Positions 1 through 10,118 of a stretch of DNA of 64,000 bases are shown piece by piece. This stretch comes from Deltaproteobacteria bacterium HGW-Deltaproteobacteria-13 (GTDB lineage: Bacteria; Desulfobacterota; Syntrophia; Syntrophales; Smithellaceae): positions 64,412-128,411 of the forward strand of contig PHBJ01000003.1 of assembly GCA_002840555.1 (NCBI GenBank), given 5' to 3'. Position 1 is the stretch's first letter, and each line of letters starts with the position of its first letter. The notes below the pieces were generated by a model. The model was not told where the DNA came from, ran no database searches, and saw only the letters and a program-made list of their open reading frames with translations. The position numbers and the translations under genes were made by a program.

Positions 1-480
1 GAATCAGGACAACTCCATATCACGTCGGAAATCTTCGACCTGAGAAAATCCATCGAAAAGACCGTGCAGACCATATCGCCCCTGGCCCGCAAAAAAAATA
101 TCCGGCTCCGGTCTAAAATCGACGACAACGTCTCCGAAATGCGCGGAGATCAGCGAAGGGTGGAACAAATCATTCTCAATCTCCTCAGCAATGCCGTGAA
201 ATTTACTGAAGAGGGAGAAATTAATCTTAGCTGCCATGCAGACAACAATTTGATCACATTGTCTGTGGAAGATACCGGCATGGGCATCAAACCGGAAAAC
301 ATCGACATCATCTTTGACGCTTTCCTCCAGTTGGATACGGGTTTAACGAGGGTTAAGGAAGGCACCGGGCTGGGGCTGAACATCACTAAAAAACTTGTCG
401 AAATGATGGGCGGTTCTATCCGCGTGGAAAGCGAATTTGGGAAAGGCAGCCATTTTACTATTGTACTGCCTGAAACATAA
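1..480 (+). CDS. Sensor histidine kinase, C-terminal HATPase_c part (5' end outside the window)
   Basis: Frame 1 is open from nt 1 (ESGQLHITSEIFDLRKSIEK...). N-box RVEQIILNLLSNAVKF, G1 DTGMGI, G2 GTGLGLNITKKLVEMMGG. Close paralogue of 2396-2875. Confidence 0.85.
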   Translation, partial: ESGQLHITSEIFDLRKSIEKTVQTISPLARKKNIRLRSKIDDNVSEMRGDQRRVEQIILNLLSNAVKFTEEGEINLSCHADNNLITLSVEDTGMGIKPENIDIIFDAFLQLDTGLTRVKEGTGLGLNITKKLVEMMGGSIRVESEFGKGSHFTIVLPET

Positions 481-492
481 GAGTATGAAACT

Positions 493-1158
493 ATGAAAAA
501 CTCAAAGAATATTCCGGCATATGGGATTAAATTTATCCCTATCCTTTTGATCTTCATCAATACAGGATATGTTTATGCGGATCATGATACCAGTCTGCGC
601 ACGGATCTCAATTTTTCCTATACTTTCAATGAACAATACAAATCGGTATCTTATATTTTCCTTCAAGCCGATAAAGACATTTCCAATCTCGATTATCTGG
701 AATGGGGTACAGGTTTGCAGTACCAGACACCCGTGAAGTGGCTCTCGTTTCTTCTCTACTACCAGCAGGGCTTTTCCAAAGTCGAACCGGATAACTGGTT
801 ACTTGAACAGAGACCCAGCATAAACATGAACACATTGAATACTCTTTGTAATTTCAAAATATCAAATCAGATCCGCTACGAGTACAGATTCACGCCGGAT
901 TGGAATGATTACAGAATAAAATACTCTCTGGAAATCTCCCGCCCTGATATCTTTCTTCAGCCTTATATCGGATGGGAGCTATATTACGAAAACCGCGACA
1001 AGGCTCTTATGCTTAGCAGAACAAAGTTTGGGATTATCAAAAATGTTGGGAGCCGCATTTCCATAGGGCCCTATTATCGAATTGATTTTTCCAATATAGA
1101 CCATAAATGGGAATGGACAAGACAACTCATTGGAATTCAGTTGACATTAAAATATTAG
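493..1158 (+). CDS. Putative outer-membrane beta-barrel protein (DUF2490-like)
   Basis: N-terminal signal-like segment, alternating aromatic/polar beta-strand pattern, C-terminal ...LTLKY aromatic end. Family assignment is from memory of DUF2490 composition only. Confidence 0.45.
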   Translation: MKNSKNIPAYGIKFIPILLIFINTGYVYADHDTSLRTDLNFSYTFNEQYKSVSYIFLQADKDISNLDYLEWGTGLQYQTPVKWLSFLLYYQQGFSKVEPDNWLLEQRPSINMNTLNTLCNFKISNQIRYEYRFTPDWNDYRIKYSLEISRPDIFLQPYIGWELYYENRDKALMLSRTKFGIIKNVGSRISIGPYYRIDFSNIDHKWEWTRQLIGIQLTLKY

Positions 1159-1171
1159 AGAGTAACAACCT

Positions 1172-2875
1172 ATGCCGACACATGGAAAAAACATTAAGCG
1201 TCTGAACAAGGGTACTCCTTTCACACAATTTTTTCGACGGTTTGCCATCTTATTATTTGTTCTATTGATCAATATTCCATCCGTGCATGCTGAAGAGAGG
1301 ATCATAAGAGTCGGCGTTTATGAGAACGCACCGAAAATATTCACTTCCGAATCCGGAAAGCCCTCAGGTATTTTTGTCGATATCATCGAGCACATTGCAA
1401 AAAACGAAGGCTGGAAACTGCAGTACGTACCCGGCACCTGGGTGGAGGGATTGAATCGCGTGGAAAAAGGTGAAATAGACTTGATGCCCGATGTCGCCTA
1501 CACAGCAGACCGGGCGAAAATATATTCTTTTCACAAAGTACCGGCTCTGTCTTCCTGGTATCAGGTGTATGCACCCAAGGGAAACAATATTCGCACGATA
1601 TTCGATCTCAATGAAAAGCGAATTCTCGTTCTGGAACGTTCAGTCCAGCAGGCGGCATTTGCCCGTTTAAGCAAAGGCTTCGGATTGAATATTACTCTCA
1701 TTCCCGTGCCGGATTATAAAACCATGTTCGAGGTAGTTTCCAAGGGTAAAGCCGATGCGGCCATAACCAATCATTTCTACGGAATGACGCATGCAAAGGA
1801 ATACGGGCTTGAAGATACGTCAGTTGTTTTCGAACCTTCCGATCTTTTTTATGCGGCAACAAAGAACGATCCCAAACACTTGCTGGATAGCATCGACAAC
1901 CATCTTACTGTTCTGAAAAAAGACTCCGGATCGATGTATTATGCATCTCTAAAACGGTGGACTTCCGAAGTGGTCCCGTTCATAATGCCGCTATGGTTGC
2001 AAATCATGGGTATCGTTGCTGGCGTTATCCTGCTCATGAGTCTGGCTGGCAGCTTTATTTTGAAACGCCAAGTGAATGCGCGCACTCTTGAACTTCAGCT
2101 AATCAATCAGGAAATGGAACAGCGCATTATTCAGCGTACGACCGAATTGGCGGCAGCCATGGATAAAGCTCAAGCTGCCGATCGCCTCAAATCGGCTTTT
2201 CTTGCTGCGATGTCTCATGAACTGCGCACACCGCTTAATTCGATTATCGGATTCACGGGAATGATTTTGCAAGGTATTGCCGGTCCCCTAAATGAAGAAC
2301 AGAAAAAACAACTGGGCATGGTTCGCGGCAGCGCCCACCACCTGCTCGACCTCATCAACGATGTCCTCGATATTTCCAAGATTGAAGCGGGACAATTAAC
2401 CATCATGGCAGAACCTTTTGACCTGAGACAATCCATTGAGAAGACCGTGCAAATTATGCTGCCCCTTGCCCGGAAAAAAAATCTTGACCTCGGTTTCCGG
2501 ATCGCAGACCGGATATCCGAAGTTAACGGAGACCAGCGGAGAGTGGAACAAATCATTCTCAACCTTCTCAGCAACGCCGTAAAATTTACCGAACGGGGAG
2601 AAATCACTCTTGACTGCTCCGCAGACAACGACTGGATTACATTGTCCGTGACGGATACCGGTATCGGAATCGGGCCGGAAAACATCCCCATTATTTTTGA
2701 GGCTTTTCGTCAGGTGGACAGCGGCATTGCCAGGGTACAGGAAGGAACCGGACTGGGACTCAACATCACTAAAAAACTTGTGGAAATGATGGGGGGTTCC
2801 ATCCACGTGGAAAGCGAATTTGGAAAAGGCAGTTATTTTACTATTAAATTACCCATAAAAGGAAAGGAGATATAA
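1172..2875 (+). CDS. Sensor histidine kinase with periplasmic solute-binding (SBP_bac_3-like) domain
   Basis: Signal/TM, periplasmic domain (RVGVYENAPKIF...), second TM, H-box AAMSHELRTPLNSI, N/G1/G2 boxes as in the upstream partial kinase. Confidence 0.9.
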   Translation: MPTHGKNIKRLNKGTPFTQFFRRFAILLFVLLINIPSVHAEERIIRVGVYENAPKIFTSESGKPSGIFVDIIEHIAKNEGWKLQYVPGTWVEGLNRVEKGEIDLMPDVAYTADRAKIYSFHKVPALSSWYQVYAPKGNNIRTIFDLNEKRILVLERSVQQAAFARLSKGFGLNITLIPVPDYKTMFEVVSKGKADAAITNHFYGMTHAKEYGLEDTSVVFEPSDLFYAATKNDPKHLLDSIDNHLTVLKKDSGSMYYASLKRWTSEVVPFIMPLWLQIMGIVAGVILLMSLAGSFILKRQVNARTLELQLINQEMEQRIIQRTTELAAAMDKAQAADRLKSAFLAAMSHELRTPLNSIIGFTGMILQGIAGPLNEEQKKQLGMVRGSAHHLLDLINDVLDISKIEAGQLTIMAEPFDLRQSIEKTVQIMLPLARKKNLDLGFRIADRISEVNGDQRRVEQIILNLLSNAVKFTERGEITLDCSADNDWITLSVTDTGIGIGPENIPIIFEAFRQVDSGIARVQEGTGLGLNITKKLVEMMGGSIHVESEFGKGSYFTIKLPIKGKEI

Positions 2876-2876
2876 A

Positions 2877-3257
2877 ATGAATCCGGTAATTCTGGTTATT
2901 GAGGACAATGAACAAAACCTTTATCTGATGAGGTTTCTGCTCGAAAAGAACGGCTTTACGGTGATTGATGCGATGGATGGTGAAAAAGGAGTGGAAACGG
3001 CAAAAAAAAACAAGCCCGACCTTATTCTTCTGGATATTCAACTGCCCAAGATGGACGGTTATGCCGTAGCGCGGGAATTAAGAAAAATCAGCGACCTTGC
3101 GTCTACCCCCATTGTTGCAGTTACCTCCTATGCCATGGTTGGCGATCGTGAAAAAGTTCTTGCCGCCGGAGCGGACGGCTATATTGAAAAACCGATTGAC
3201 CCGGAAAAATTCGTTGAACAAATAAAACAATTTATGGTTCCGGTAAAAACCTTGTAA
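2877..3257 (+). CDS. Single-domain response regulator (CheY-like receiver)
   Basis: ILVIEDNE...PDLILLDIQLPKMDG...VTSYAM...K receiver motifs. AGGAG RBS. Start lies 1 nt after the kinase stop. Confidence 0.9.
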   Translation: MNPVILVIEDNEQNLYLMRFLLEKNGFTVIDAMDGEKGVETAKKNKPDLILLDIQLPKMDGYAVARELRKISDLASTPIVAVTSYAMVGDREKVLAAGADGYIEKPIDPEKFVEQIKQFMVPVKTL

Positions 3258-3280
3258 CCTGTTTTTATAAGGAGAAACAC

Positions 3281-4756
3281 ATGGAAAAAATTATCGTGGT
3301 GGATGATGAAGAACAAAATCTTGCTTATCTGGAAACGCTTTTCAAAGCCCACGGGTTTCAGGTCACAACGGCCCGCAACGGTATAAAAGCTCTGGAAGCG
3401 GCGCGGGAAGATCCTCCGGATATCATTATTACCGATGCTCTTATGCCGGTGATGGACGGTTTTATGCTTTGCCGGGAATGGAAAGCCGACAGTCGTCTGA
3501 AGAATATTCCCCTGATTTTTTATACGGCAACCTATACCGACCCTAAAGACGAAAAACTGGCTCTGGATTTGGGATGCGACCTTTTTCTTGTCAAACCCCA
3601 GGAACCGGATGTCCTGCTGGATCAGGCACAAAAAGTTATGGCAAAATATAAAGCGGAGAGAATGAAGATACCTTTCGGAAAGGACGGCGCCGGAGAACAA
3701 ATCCTGCAACAGCATAACGAAACTCTTTTCAGAAAACTGGAGAAAAAAATAAAACAACTGGAAGAGGCGAATCAAATTGTCAAAGAAAGTGAAGCAAAAT
3801 ATCGTTCCATTTTTGAAAATTCACTGACAGGCATTTACCGGACAACCATTGAAGGAAGATTGCTTACTTTAAATCCCGCTTTCTACCATATGATGGGATA
3901 CGGTTCTCCGGAAGAAGTCAGATCGCAGATTACGGATATCGGGAAACAAATGTATCTTGATTATCATGATCGTGAGAATTTCCTTCAAATGCTGAATAAA
4001 AATAATCATACCGAAGAATTTATTACCAGATTCCGCAAAAAAGATGGAAGCATTATTTGGGTCACGATCAATGCTTGGACTGTTCGCGATGAAAATAACG
4101 AAGTTCTTTACTATGAAGGAATGATTGAAGATATAACCGATCGCGTCCTGAGAGAGGAAAAACTGAAGAATGCCATGATGGGAACAATCAGCATCGTGGC
4201 AACCATCGTTGAAGAACGCGACCCCTATACGGCAGGGCATCAAAGGAGAGTCGCCGAACTGGCTTCTGCCATAGCGCTGGAATTAAATCTGCCTTCCCAG
4301 CAGGTTGAAGGCGTAAGAATTGCCGGATTGATTCATGACGTCGGTAAGATTTCCGTTCCAGCCGAACTATTGACCAAGCCTTCGAAATTATCTGATATTG
4401 AAATGAGCCTGGTTCAAGCTCATGCCCAGGCCGGCTACAACATTCTAAAAGGGATTGAGTTTCCCTGGCCTATTTTGAATGCCATCCATCAGCATCACGA
4501 AAGGATCAACGGTTCAGGATATCCTTTAGGACTGTCGAAAGATAATATCATTCTCGAAGCACGCATTCTTGCCGTTGCCGATGTTGTTGAAGCCATGGCA
4601 TCTCATCGCCCCTACAGAGCTGCATTAGGAATTGATATCGCGTTAAAAGAGATAGAAAAAAATAAAGGCATTCTCTATGATGAGGATATAGCAAATGTGT
4701 GTTTGAACTTGTTTCGGCACAAGGGCTACAAAATCGATGAGGGAGTGTGGAAATAA
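3281..4756 (+). CDS. Response regulator with receiver, PAS and HD-GYP (c-di-GMP phosphodiesterase-type) domains
   Basis: Receiver (VVDDEEQN...DALMPVMDG), PAS-like segment, HD-GYP signature (HDVGKISVP ... HHERINGSGYP). Confidence 0.85.
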   Translation: MEKIIVVDDEEQNLAYLETLFKAHGFQVTTARNGIKALEAAREDPPDIIITDALMPVMDGFMLCREWKADSRLKNIPLIFYTATYTDPKDEKLALDLGCDLFLVKPQEPDVLLDQAQKVMAKYKAERMKIPFGKDGAGEQILQQHNETLFRKLEKKIKQLEEANQIVKESEAKYRSIFENSLTGIYRTTIEGRLLTLNPAFYHMMGYGSPEEVRSQITDIGKQMYLDYHDRENFLQMLNKNNHTEEFITRFRKKDGSIIWVTINAWTVRDENNEVLYYEGMIEDITDRVLREEKLKNAMMGTISIVATIVEERDPYTAGHQRRVAELASAIALELNLPSQQVEGVRIAGLIHDVGKISVPAELLTKPSKLSDIEMSLVQAHAQAGYNILKGIEFPWPILNAIHQHHERINGSGYPLGLSKDNIILEARILAVADVVEAMASHRPYRAALGIDIALKEIEKNKGILYDEDIANVCLNLFRHKGYKIDEGVWK

Positions 4757-4847
4757 TTTTCTGTTATAAATTTTAATTCCGGGGGAAGAACGGTTTTACA
4801 AATATTCAGGACGGGAACGTTTCCCTGGAACAGGATATTTTGAGGCG

Positions 4848-7634
4848 TTAGGTATCTATTGATAAAACATAATATTCTATTTCAGCCAGCGGATAGAGCG
4901 TCTTCATGATTTTTGTGTAACGCTTAAGCTGTTCATCGTATTTCTGCCTGAGTCCCCGCATCGAACCGGACTTGTAATCCATGATGGTCACGAGATTATC
5001 CGAGACAATCATTCTGTCCACGATACCGAAGCTCTCCCGATCCGATATCTGCTGTTCGATATAGAGGTTGCCCGGCCTGAACAGGATCGGGGAAACATCG
5101 CTTCTTTGAACAAAACGAACCGCCGTTTCATATTCTTCATCGTTCAGTTCTCCGGCCTGCGGCAGTGCATTCTGATCAACAACCTTGGCCAGCCAGCGGT
5201 GCAGACGGTCGCCTCTCATGATACCTGTCCGGATATTGGCGGATACCAGCGCGGGATCAATCTCACCGTATTTTTCCGGCTCATCATGACGTTGATCCGG
5301 CTCATTGAATATGGTCACGGACGGAGGGGCTTCCGTCTTGCCGGACGACGTGTAAATTTCTTTTCTGCCGCCCTCCGGCGCGAAACGTAAAAAGGTATCC
5401 AGCACGGCCCGATGAACCGGCTTGTAGTTTTCCTCTTTCTTTTTGGGCAGAAAAACGATCAGCGTCTGTATGGCTCTTGTTGCGGCAACATAGAAAACAT
5501 TCGCCTGCTCACGACGCAGCCGCGTTTTATTTATTTCGTGATTTTCAATGATTTCTCCGGCAATTGCCGAATCGCTAGCACGCAGCAACTTAATCTCATC
5601 ACCTGAAAATTGCACATGACATCGTTCGGCTTCCAGATAAAACGGCGACTCCCTTTCCTCCTCATTCCAGAAGACAAATACATGCTTAAACTGAAGGCCT
5701 TTTGTGCCGTGGATCGTATCAACCTTGATATTCTCACTTTGCTCCGCTTCCGGCACCTTCACGGTAAAGCGGATATTGAACATTCGCAAAAGAAAATCAT
5801 CCACATCGGCGCCGCCTTCACTGAAGAAGTCCTGTGCTTCATCCTGCCAGATATCAAGAATGGTTGCAGGCAGTTTCCCGCGCAAAAGTTCAATCACGCC
5901 GCTGACAGCCATGAGCCCGAAAGGCCGTGGATACTTTTGCGCAAACTCCGTCCGGACAGCCTCAATATTCCCGAACATCTTCTTCCATAAAGGCGAGGCC
6001 GCCGCTTGCACAACAAATCGCGTCTCATCATCTTTAGCCAGAACACCTGCAATGAAAAGCATTACCGCTACACCTTCCCGCGTTGAAAGAAGCTGTCTTC
6101 CTTTAACCGCTGATACTCCGACACCGTTTTTTATCAGCTCGGCTTCTATCTTCTGGACATGGTTGTTGGTCAAAGCCAGCACGGCCATCTCTCCCCACGC
6201 ACAGCCGTACTCATTTTTTTTCTTCTGCAGACATTCAACGATTGCCGGATAGAAAGGCTCCTGCGCAGCGCCATCTTTTTCCAGTTCGACACGATTCACT
6301 TCAGTCACACCGTTGAAAACCGCCGGCTTCTCCGGAGGTTTCTGTATTTCGGTTTGCTCTTTTCCCTCAAAGAGATTTTCGACAAGTTCATTAAAAAAAG
6401 AAATCAGCAGTGGCGTGCTGCGATAATTGTATTCCAGCGAGCTTTCCGTAATGACTTTATTGACGATGTAGCTGTCGATAGCCGCTTCCAGAGCCTCGCG
6501 GTCCGCGCCGCGCCACCCGTAGATCATTTGCTTCCAGTCGCCCACGGCAAAGAACGATCTTTCACCCCGTTCGCCGCGGCCGGATAATATTTCGTCAATC
6601 AGGGGCAACAGGATCTCGATATCGCCTTTTGATGTATCCTGAAATTCGTCAATCAGTAAATGCTCGGTCCGGTCAAGCCCCAGAGAAAAATAATTGCTCA
6701 TCAGCTTCGGACGTTCATTAGACTCCGCACCATCGAGAGCCAGGAGGCCCCGGCGCACATCCTGAAAAAAGATCAGTCCTTTTTTGTTCTTCACGGCATC
6801 CGCCGCTTCCGAATATATCTCGCAAAGAGAGGCCACGGCCAACTCCCTGAGCTGCGCCTTGTTGACGGCAAGATGTTCGGCTGTTTTCCGGTAATCCTTG
6901 AAAATCCTGTTCAAGTCCGCATACGGTATCTCATTCCACTTTATATTTTTTCCAAGGCCCGTGTAATTTTCCAAATCGGAACAAGATGCGACAGCCCTGG
7001 AAATAAAATTATCATAATCCGCCAAAGCATTAATAATCCAGCCGCTCGTTCGTGACGTTACCTGCTCCGTCAGAGCCCGTGCATTTTCATAAAGAGATGT
7101 AAGCGTATTTCTCAAAACCCCGTTCTCTTTCATAAGATCATCAAGATCGGCAAGCCTGGTCATATCAAGCAGACAGCGTTCGGTCGTCTGTTCATCCGCC
7201 AGAGGCTCCCAGAGTTTGTCGATATCTGTTCTTAAAATTCTCGCCGCCACGATTATCTTATGGGCCCTGCCGTTTTGCATGACGCTGTCACGGAAAAGGA
7301 CTTCTATTTCGCGCAATAATTCTATCTGTTCCTTTTCGTCCGCGAGCTTCGGCGCATAACCGGCCGCGGCAAAAAGCCGGTAAAAAAATGAATCGATTGT
7401 CGCGTACCCGACGCGTCCCGCCTCCATAATCAGCCGCAGACGCTCCAACAAAGGCAGACCTTTTTTTGACGCTATCTCTTCCATTATGCGGGAGCGCATC
7501 TCGGTCGTGGCGGCGCGCGTAAAGGTCAGCGCGGAAATGAATTTCCCGCCGGTAAGAATCCTTTCGAACACCTCTTCGGTAAGTCTTGTTGTTTTTCCCG
7601 AACCGGCCGAGGCTTTCAGAAGAATACTTTTCAT
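4848..7634 (-). CDS. UvrD-family helicase fused to PD-(D/E)xK nuclease (AddA-like)
   Basis: Walker A ASAGSGKTTRL, DEFQDT Walker B-like motif, C-terminal nuclease motif IVDRM...IMDYKSG. Start overlaps the upstream gene stop by 1 nt (TGATG). Confidence 0.75.
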   Translation of the reverse strand: MKSILLKASAGSGKTTRLTEEVFERILTGGKFISALTFTRAATTEMRSRIMEEIASKKGLPLLERLRLIMEAGRVGYATIDSFFYRLFAAAGYAPKLADEKEQIELLREIEVLFRDSVMQNGRAHKIIVAARILRTDIDKLWEPLADEQTTERCLLDMTRLADLDDLMKENGVLRNTLTSLYENARALTEQVTSRTSGWIINALADYDNFISRAVASCSDLENYTGLGKNIKWNEIPYADLNRIFKDYRKTAEHLAVNKAQLRELAVASLCEIYSEAADAVKNKKGLIFFQDVRRGLLALDGAESNERPKLMSNYFSLGLDRTEHLLIDEFQDTSKGDIEILLPLIDEILSGRGERGERSFFAVGDWKQMIYGWRGADREALEAAIDSYIVNKVITESSLEYNYRSTPLLISFFNELVENLFEGKEQTEIQKPPEKPAVFNGVTEVNRVELEKDGAAQEPFYPAIVECLQKKKNEYGCAWGEMAVLALTNNHVQKIEAELIKNGVGVSAVKGRQLLSTREGVAVMLFIAGVLAKDDETRFVVQAAASPLWKKMFGNIEAVRTEFAQKYPRPFGLMAVSGVIELLRGKLPATILDIWQDEAQDFFSEGGADVDDFLLRMFNIRFTVKVPEAEQSENIKVDTIHGTKGLQFKHVFVFWNEEERESPFYLEAERCHVQFSGDEIKLLRASDSAIAGEIIENHEINKTRLRREQANVFYVAATRAIQTLIVFLPKKKEENYKPVHRAVLDTFLRFAPEGGRKEIYTSSGKTEAPPSVTIFNEPDQRHDEPEKYGEIDPALVSANIRTGIMRGDRLHRWLAKVVDQNALPQAGELNDEEYETAVRFVQRSDVSPILFRPGNLYIEQQISDRESFGIVDRMIVSDNLVTIMDYKSGSMRGLRQKYDEQLKRYTKIMKTLYPLAEIEYYVLSIDT

Positions 7635-10087
7635 CAGCTATTCCTCCGTGAAGCTTTATAATAATCTTCCCTGCCGCATAAGGCCTGCAACCGGCAATGT
7701 TCACATTCCCGACAATCATGCACAGGCTGAAGTTCATCGCCGCCGATGATCGCGTCCAGGCGCTCTTTAATGGCCAGCATCAGCGCCTCCGCTCCGGCGC
7801 TTTCTTCCGCGGGAAGCTTTATCTCCCGATCTTTTGAGGCTTCTTTCAAAAAATAAAAGCGCGCGCCTTGAGCGTCTTTATTAAAATGCTGATAGATCAT
7901 AAGCTGCGCCGCGGGATGCAAAACACCTTTTTCTTTAAAGCGCTCCAGTACCGTTGTTTTTTCCGAAAGCTTGTACTGACTTTGCTTCTTGGAATACTTG
8001 AAATCGATCACCTCGGTTCGTCCCGCGATGTCGGCCAGCCGGTCCGAAAATCCGGTTATCTTATAACTGCCGGCAAGCATCCCGGTGAATCTTTTCTCGC
8101 AGGTCAGCGCATTGTCGGCAAATATTAAACGTTCGCCCGACTCCTGCTCGTCTTCGTATATCTCTTTTAATAGGATTTTCGCGTTGAGCATGTAGATATT
8201 AATTCCGTCCATTTCACGCAAATCGGCGTTTTCGTCACTTTTCCAGAGTTTATCAAAAAGATTTTCCCAGTTATCGAACCTGTTTTTGCCCACAGTCGAA
8301 AGCTGCTGCAGAAACTTATGAATAAAACTTCCCATCTGCATATTTATTTTCTCATCGTCATCCATAAACGCAGGCGGTTTGATTCCGGTGATATATTGGT
8401 GGCAAAACAAAAACGGACAGGCCAGAATTTTGGTCAGGCTCGAAAACGAATAGGTAAAATCTTTCAGTTTGTTTCTAAGATGATCATCAAGGACTATCGA
8501 TATTTTTTCTTGATCCGGCTCCGCAGGAAGCGCTCCCTTAAACGCCGTGACAGTCACTGGTTTTGAAAATTCCTGAGACAGCAGGCTCATGCCGTAGCTT
8601 GGCGTTCTTTCCCTGATGGAATCATCCACCCCGACTATTTTGATTTTGCCGCCCTGCGCCAGAATCTGCCGAAAAATCAAATCCTCATATTCAAATACAC
8701 TCTTGCGCAACTGCGGAAAATGCACCGGATTGATAAAAGGTCCTTCAAACGGCTGCGAAGGCATGATGCCCGAATCAAGTGACAGGATTAAACCTCGTTC
8801 GAATCTCTCGCCGGAAACATGGCCGAATCCGACAACCTGCACCGGCGCCGATCTGCTGCCCGTGATGCGGAACTTTCTCGTTTCGATCAGCATTTTCGCG
8901 GAATCTGCCAGATTACGCCCCAGTTGCTCTTTCCAAAAATCAAGAAGCGTTGAAAAAGATATGGCCGCTTCCAGCGCCTCGCATTCCTCACGAACGTAAT
9001 TATCCCTGTTTCTGGATAATTCGACCGCGCAGGTTGTGGCAAATTTTCTAAAATCGGGAGTTCTGCCCGACTTCTCAGCTTCTTCTATTTCAACAAGCAG
9101 CCTTCTTCCGGCCGCAGTTGTCGAAAACGGCAGCCAGACGGCAAGATTAACGGCATTCCCGAACAGGCGCAAAGACCTGTTCCAGAGCATCGTTGTGAGC
9201 GACTCATCAAGCAGGAAGATCATCAACTGTTCTTCGCCCGCCCTTTCTTGAAGAAAAGTGGAAACCTCCAGTGTAACCAGATCAACCAGAGTGTGAAGTC
9301 CCGCAAGCATTACCAATTCTATACCCGCGCCATCCGAAGGCACGACCTCACCGCCGAAGGACAACACAAGATTTTTTGCCGAATCAAAGGGCAGCTTTTC
9401 CGGTCCGGACAAATCCATTCCGAACAGCGGCGGATCAATGAACAATCTGTCTTTGCTTATCTTTCGGCAGAAGCGTTCGGTTACCGGCGTTATTTCAGGG
9501 AGGCCGATAAACACTTCCTTTTCTCCGGGTGTGATTTCTTCGAGCGCCGCCGCTTCCAGCTCCGGCATGAAGAAATTCAATTTTGAAAGCCACTTCCGGA
9601 AAGCCTGCGCGGTATCCAGATATTCTTCAAGCCTTGCCCATTCGTCATCGGTAAACCGCTCCGCGCCATAAATTGTATTTTTGCTGATTTTATATTCCGC
9701 AAGTTTTGTAATAACAGGCAGAAGACCGGCAGCGTGCCGGGCCGGATATGGCTCATCCGGAGATTTTTCCGCCATGAACTGAATAAAGTAAAGCAACTGC
9801 TCGTCAACGGGAACAGGCTCAAGATTCAATCTCTCAGCGTTTTTTCCGGTTATGTAGGAATGAAGGCCTTCAACTCTGGGAAGGATGCCGCCCAACTTGC
9901 TGTGGATCAGGTACTGCACAGGATCGATAGCTCTTTCGTTGGCACAAATTATTGTCCAACCGGAAAGATCAGGATGGTCATTGTGCAGAAGCTCAATTAA
10001 CTTTTCCGAATACTGTGACATTTTGACATAATCCCTTGATCTAAATTGTTTAAAATGAATAGCATAATTTTCAAAATATGGTAACAA
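7634..10087 (-). CDS. AddB-like inactivated-helicase/nuclease subunit with iron-staple Cys cluster
   Basis: PD-(D/E)xK motif EVIDFKYSK. Cys pattern ACPFLFC ... CRECEHCRLQALC (CxxCxxxxxC as in AddB/Cas4-type nucleases). Translationally coupled to the AddA-like gene. Confidence 0.65.
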   Translation of the reverse strand: MLPYFENYAIHFKQFRSRDYVKMSQYSEKLIELLHNDHPDLSGWTIICANERAIDPVQYLIHSKLGGILPRVEGLHSYITGKNAERLNLEPVPVDEQLLYFIQFMAEKSPDEPYPARHAAGLLPVITKLAEYKISKNTIYGAERFTDDEWARLEEYLDTAQAFRKWLSKLNFFMPELEAAALEEITPGEKEVFIGLPEITPVTERFCRKISKDRLFIDPPLFGMDLSGPEKLPFDSAKNLVLSFGGEVVPSDGAGIELVMLAGLHTLVDLVTLEVSTFLQERAGEEQLMIFLLDESLTTMLWNRSLRLFGNAVNLAVWLPFSTTAAGRRLLVEIEEAEKSGRTPDFRKFATTCAVELSRNRDNYVREECEALEAAISFSTLLDFWKEQLGRNLADSAKMLIETRKFRITGSRSAPVQVVGFGHVSGERFERGLILSLDSGIMPSQPFEGPFINPVHFPQLRKSVFEYEDLIFRQILAQGGKIKIVGVDDSIRERTPSYGMSLLSQEFSKPVTVTAFKGALPAEPDQEKISIVLDDHLRNKLKDFTYSFSSLTKILACPFLFCHQYITGIKPPAFMDDDEKINMQMGSFIHKFLQQLSTVGKNRFDNWENLFDKLWKSDENADLREMDGINIYMLNAKILLKEIYEDEQESGERLIFADNALTCEKRFTGMLAGSYKITGFSDRLADIAGRTEVIDFKYSKKQSQYKLSEKTTVLERFKEKGVLHPAAQLMIYQHFNKDAQGARFYFLKEASKDREIKLPAEESAGAEALMLAIKERLDAIIGGDELQPVHDCRECEHCRLQALCGREDYYKASRRNS

Positions 10088-10118
10088 GGAGAAAATTTAT
10101 TTTTCTTTCGTCACAAAT

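Noticed and set aside
150-2806. Minus-strand ORFs 150-560, 2215-2691 and 2396-2806
   Set aside because: They are antisense shadows of the two histidine-kinase genes. Their near-identical sequences simply mirror the kinase duplication.
5106-7055. Several 60-180-aa plus-strand ORFs
   Set aside because: All lie antisense within the AddA-like gene and have no motifs or ribosome-binding sites.
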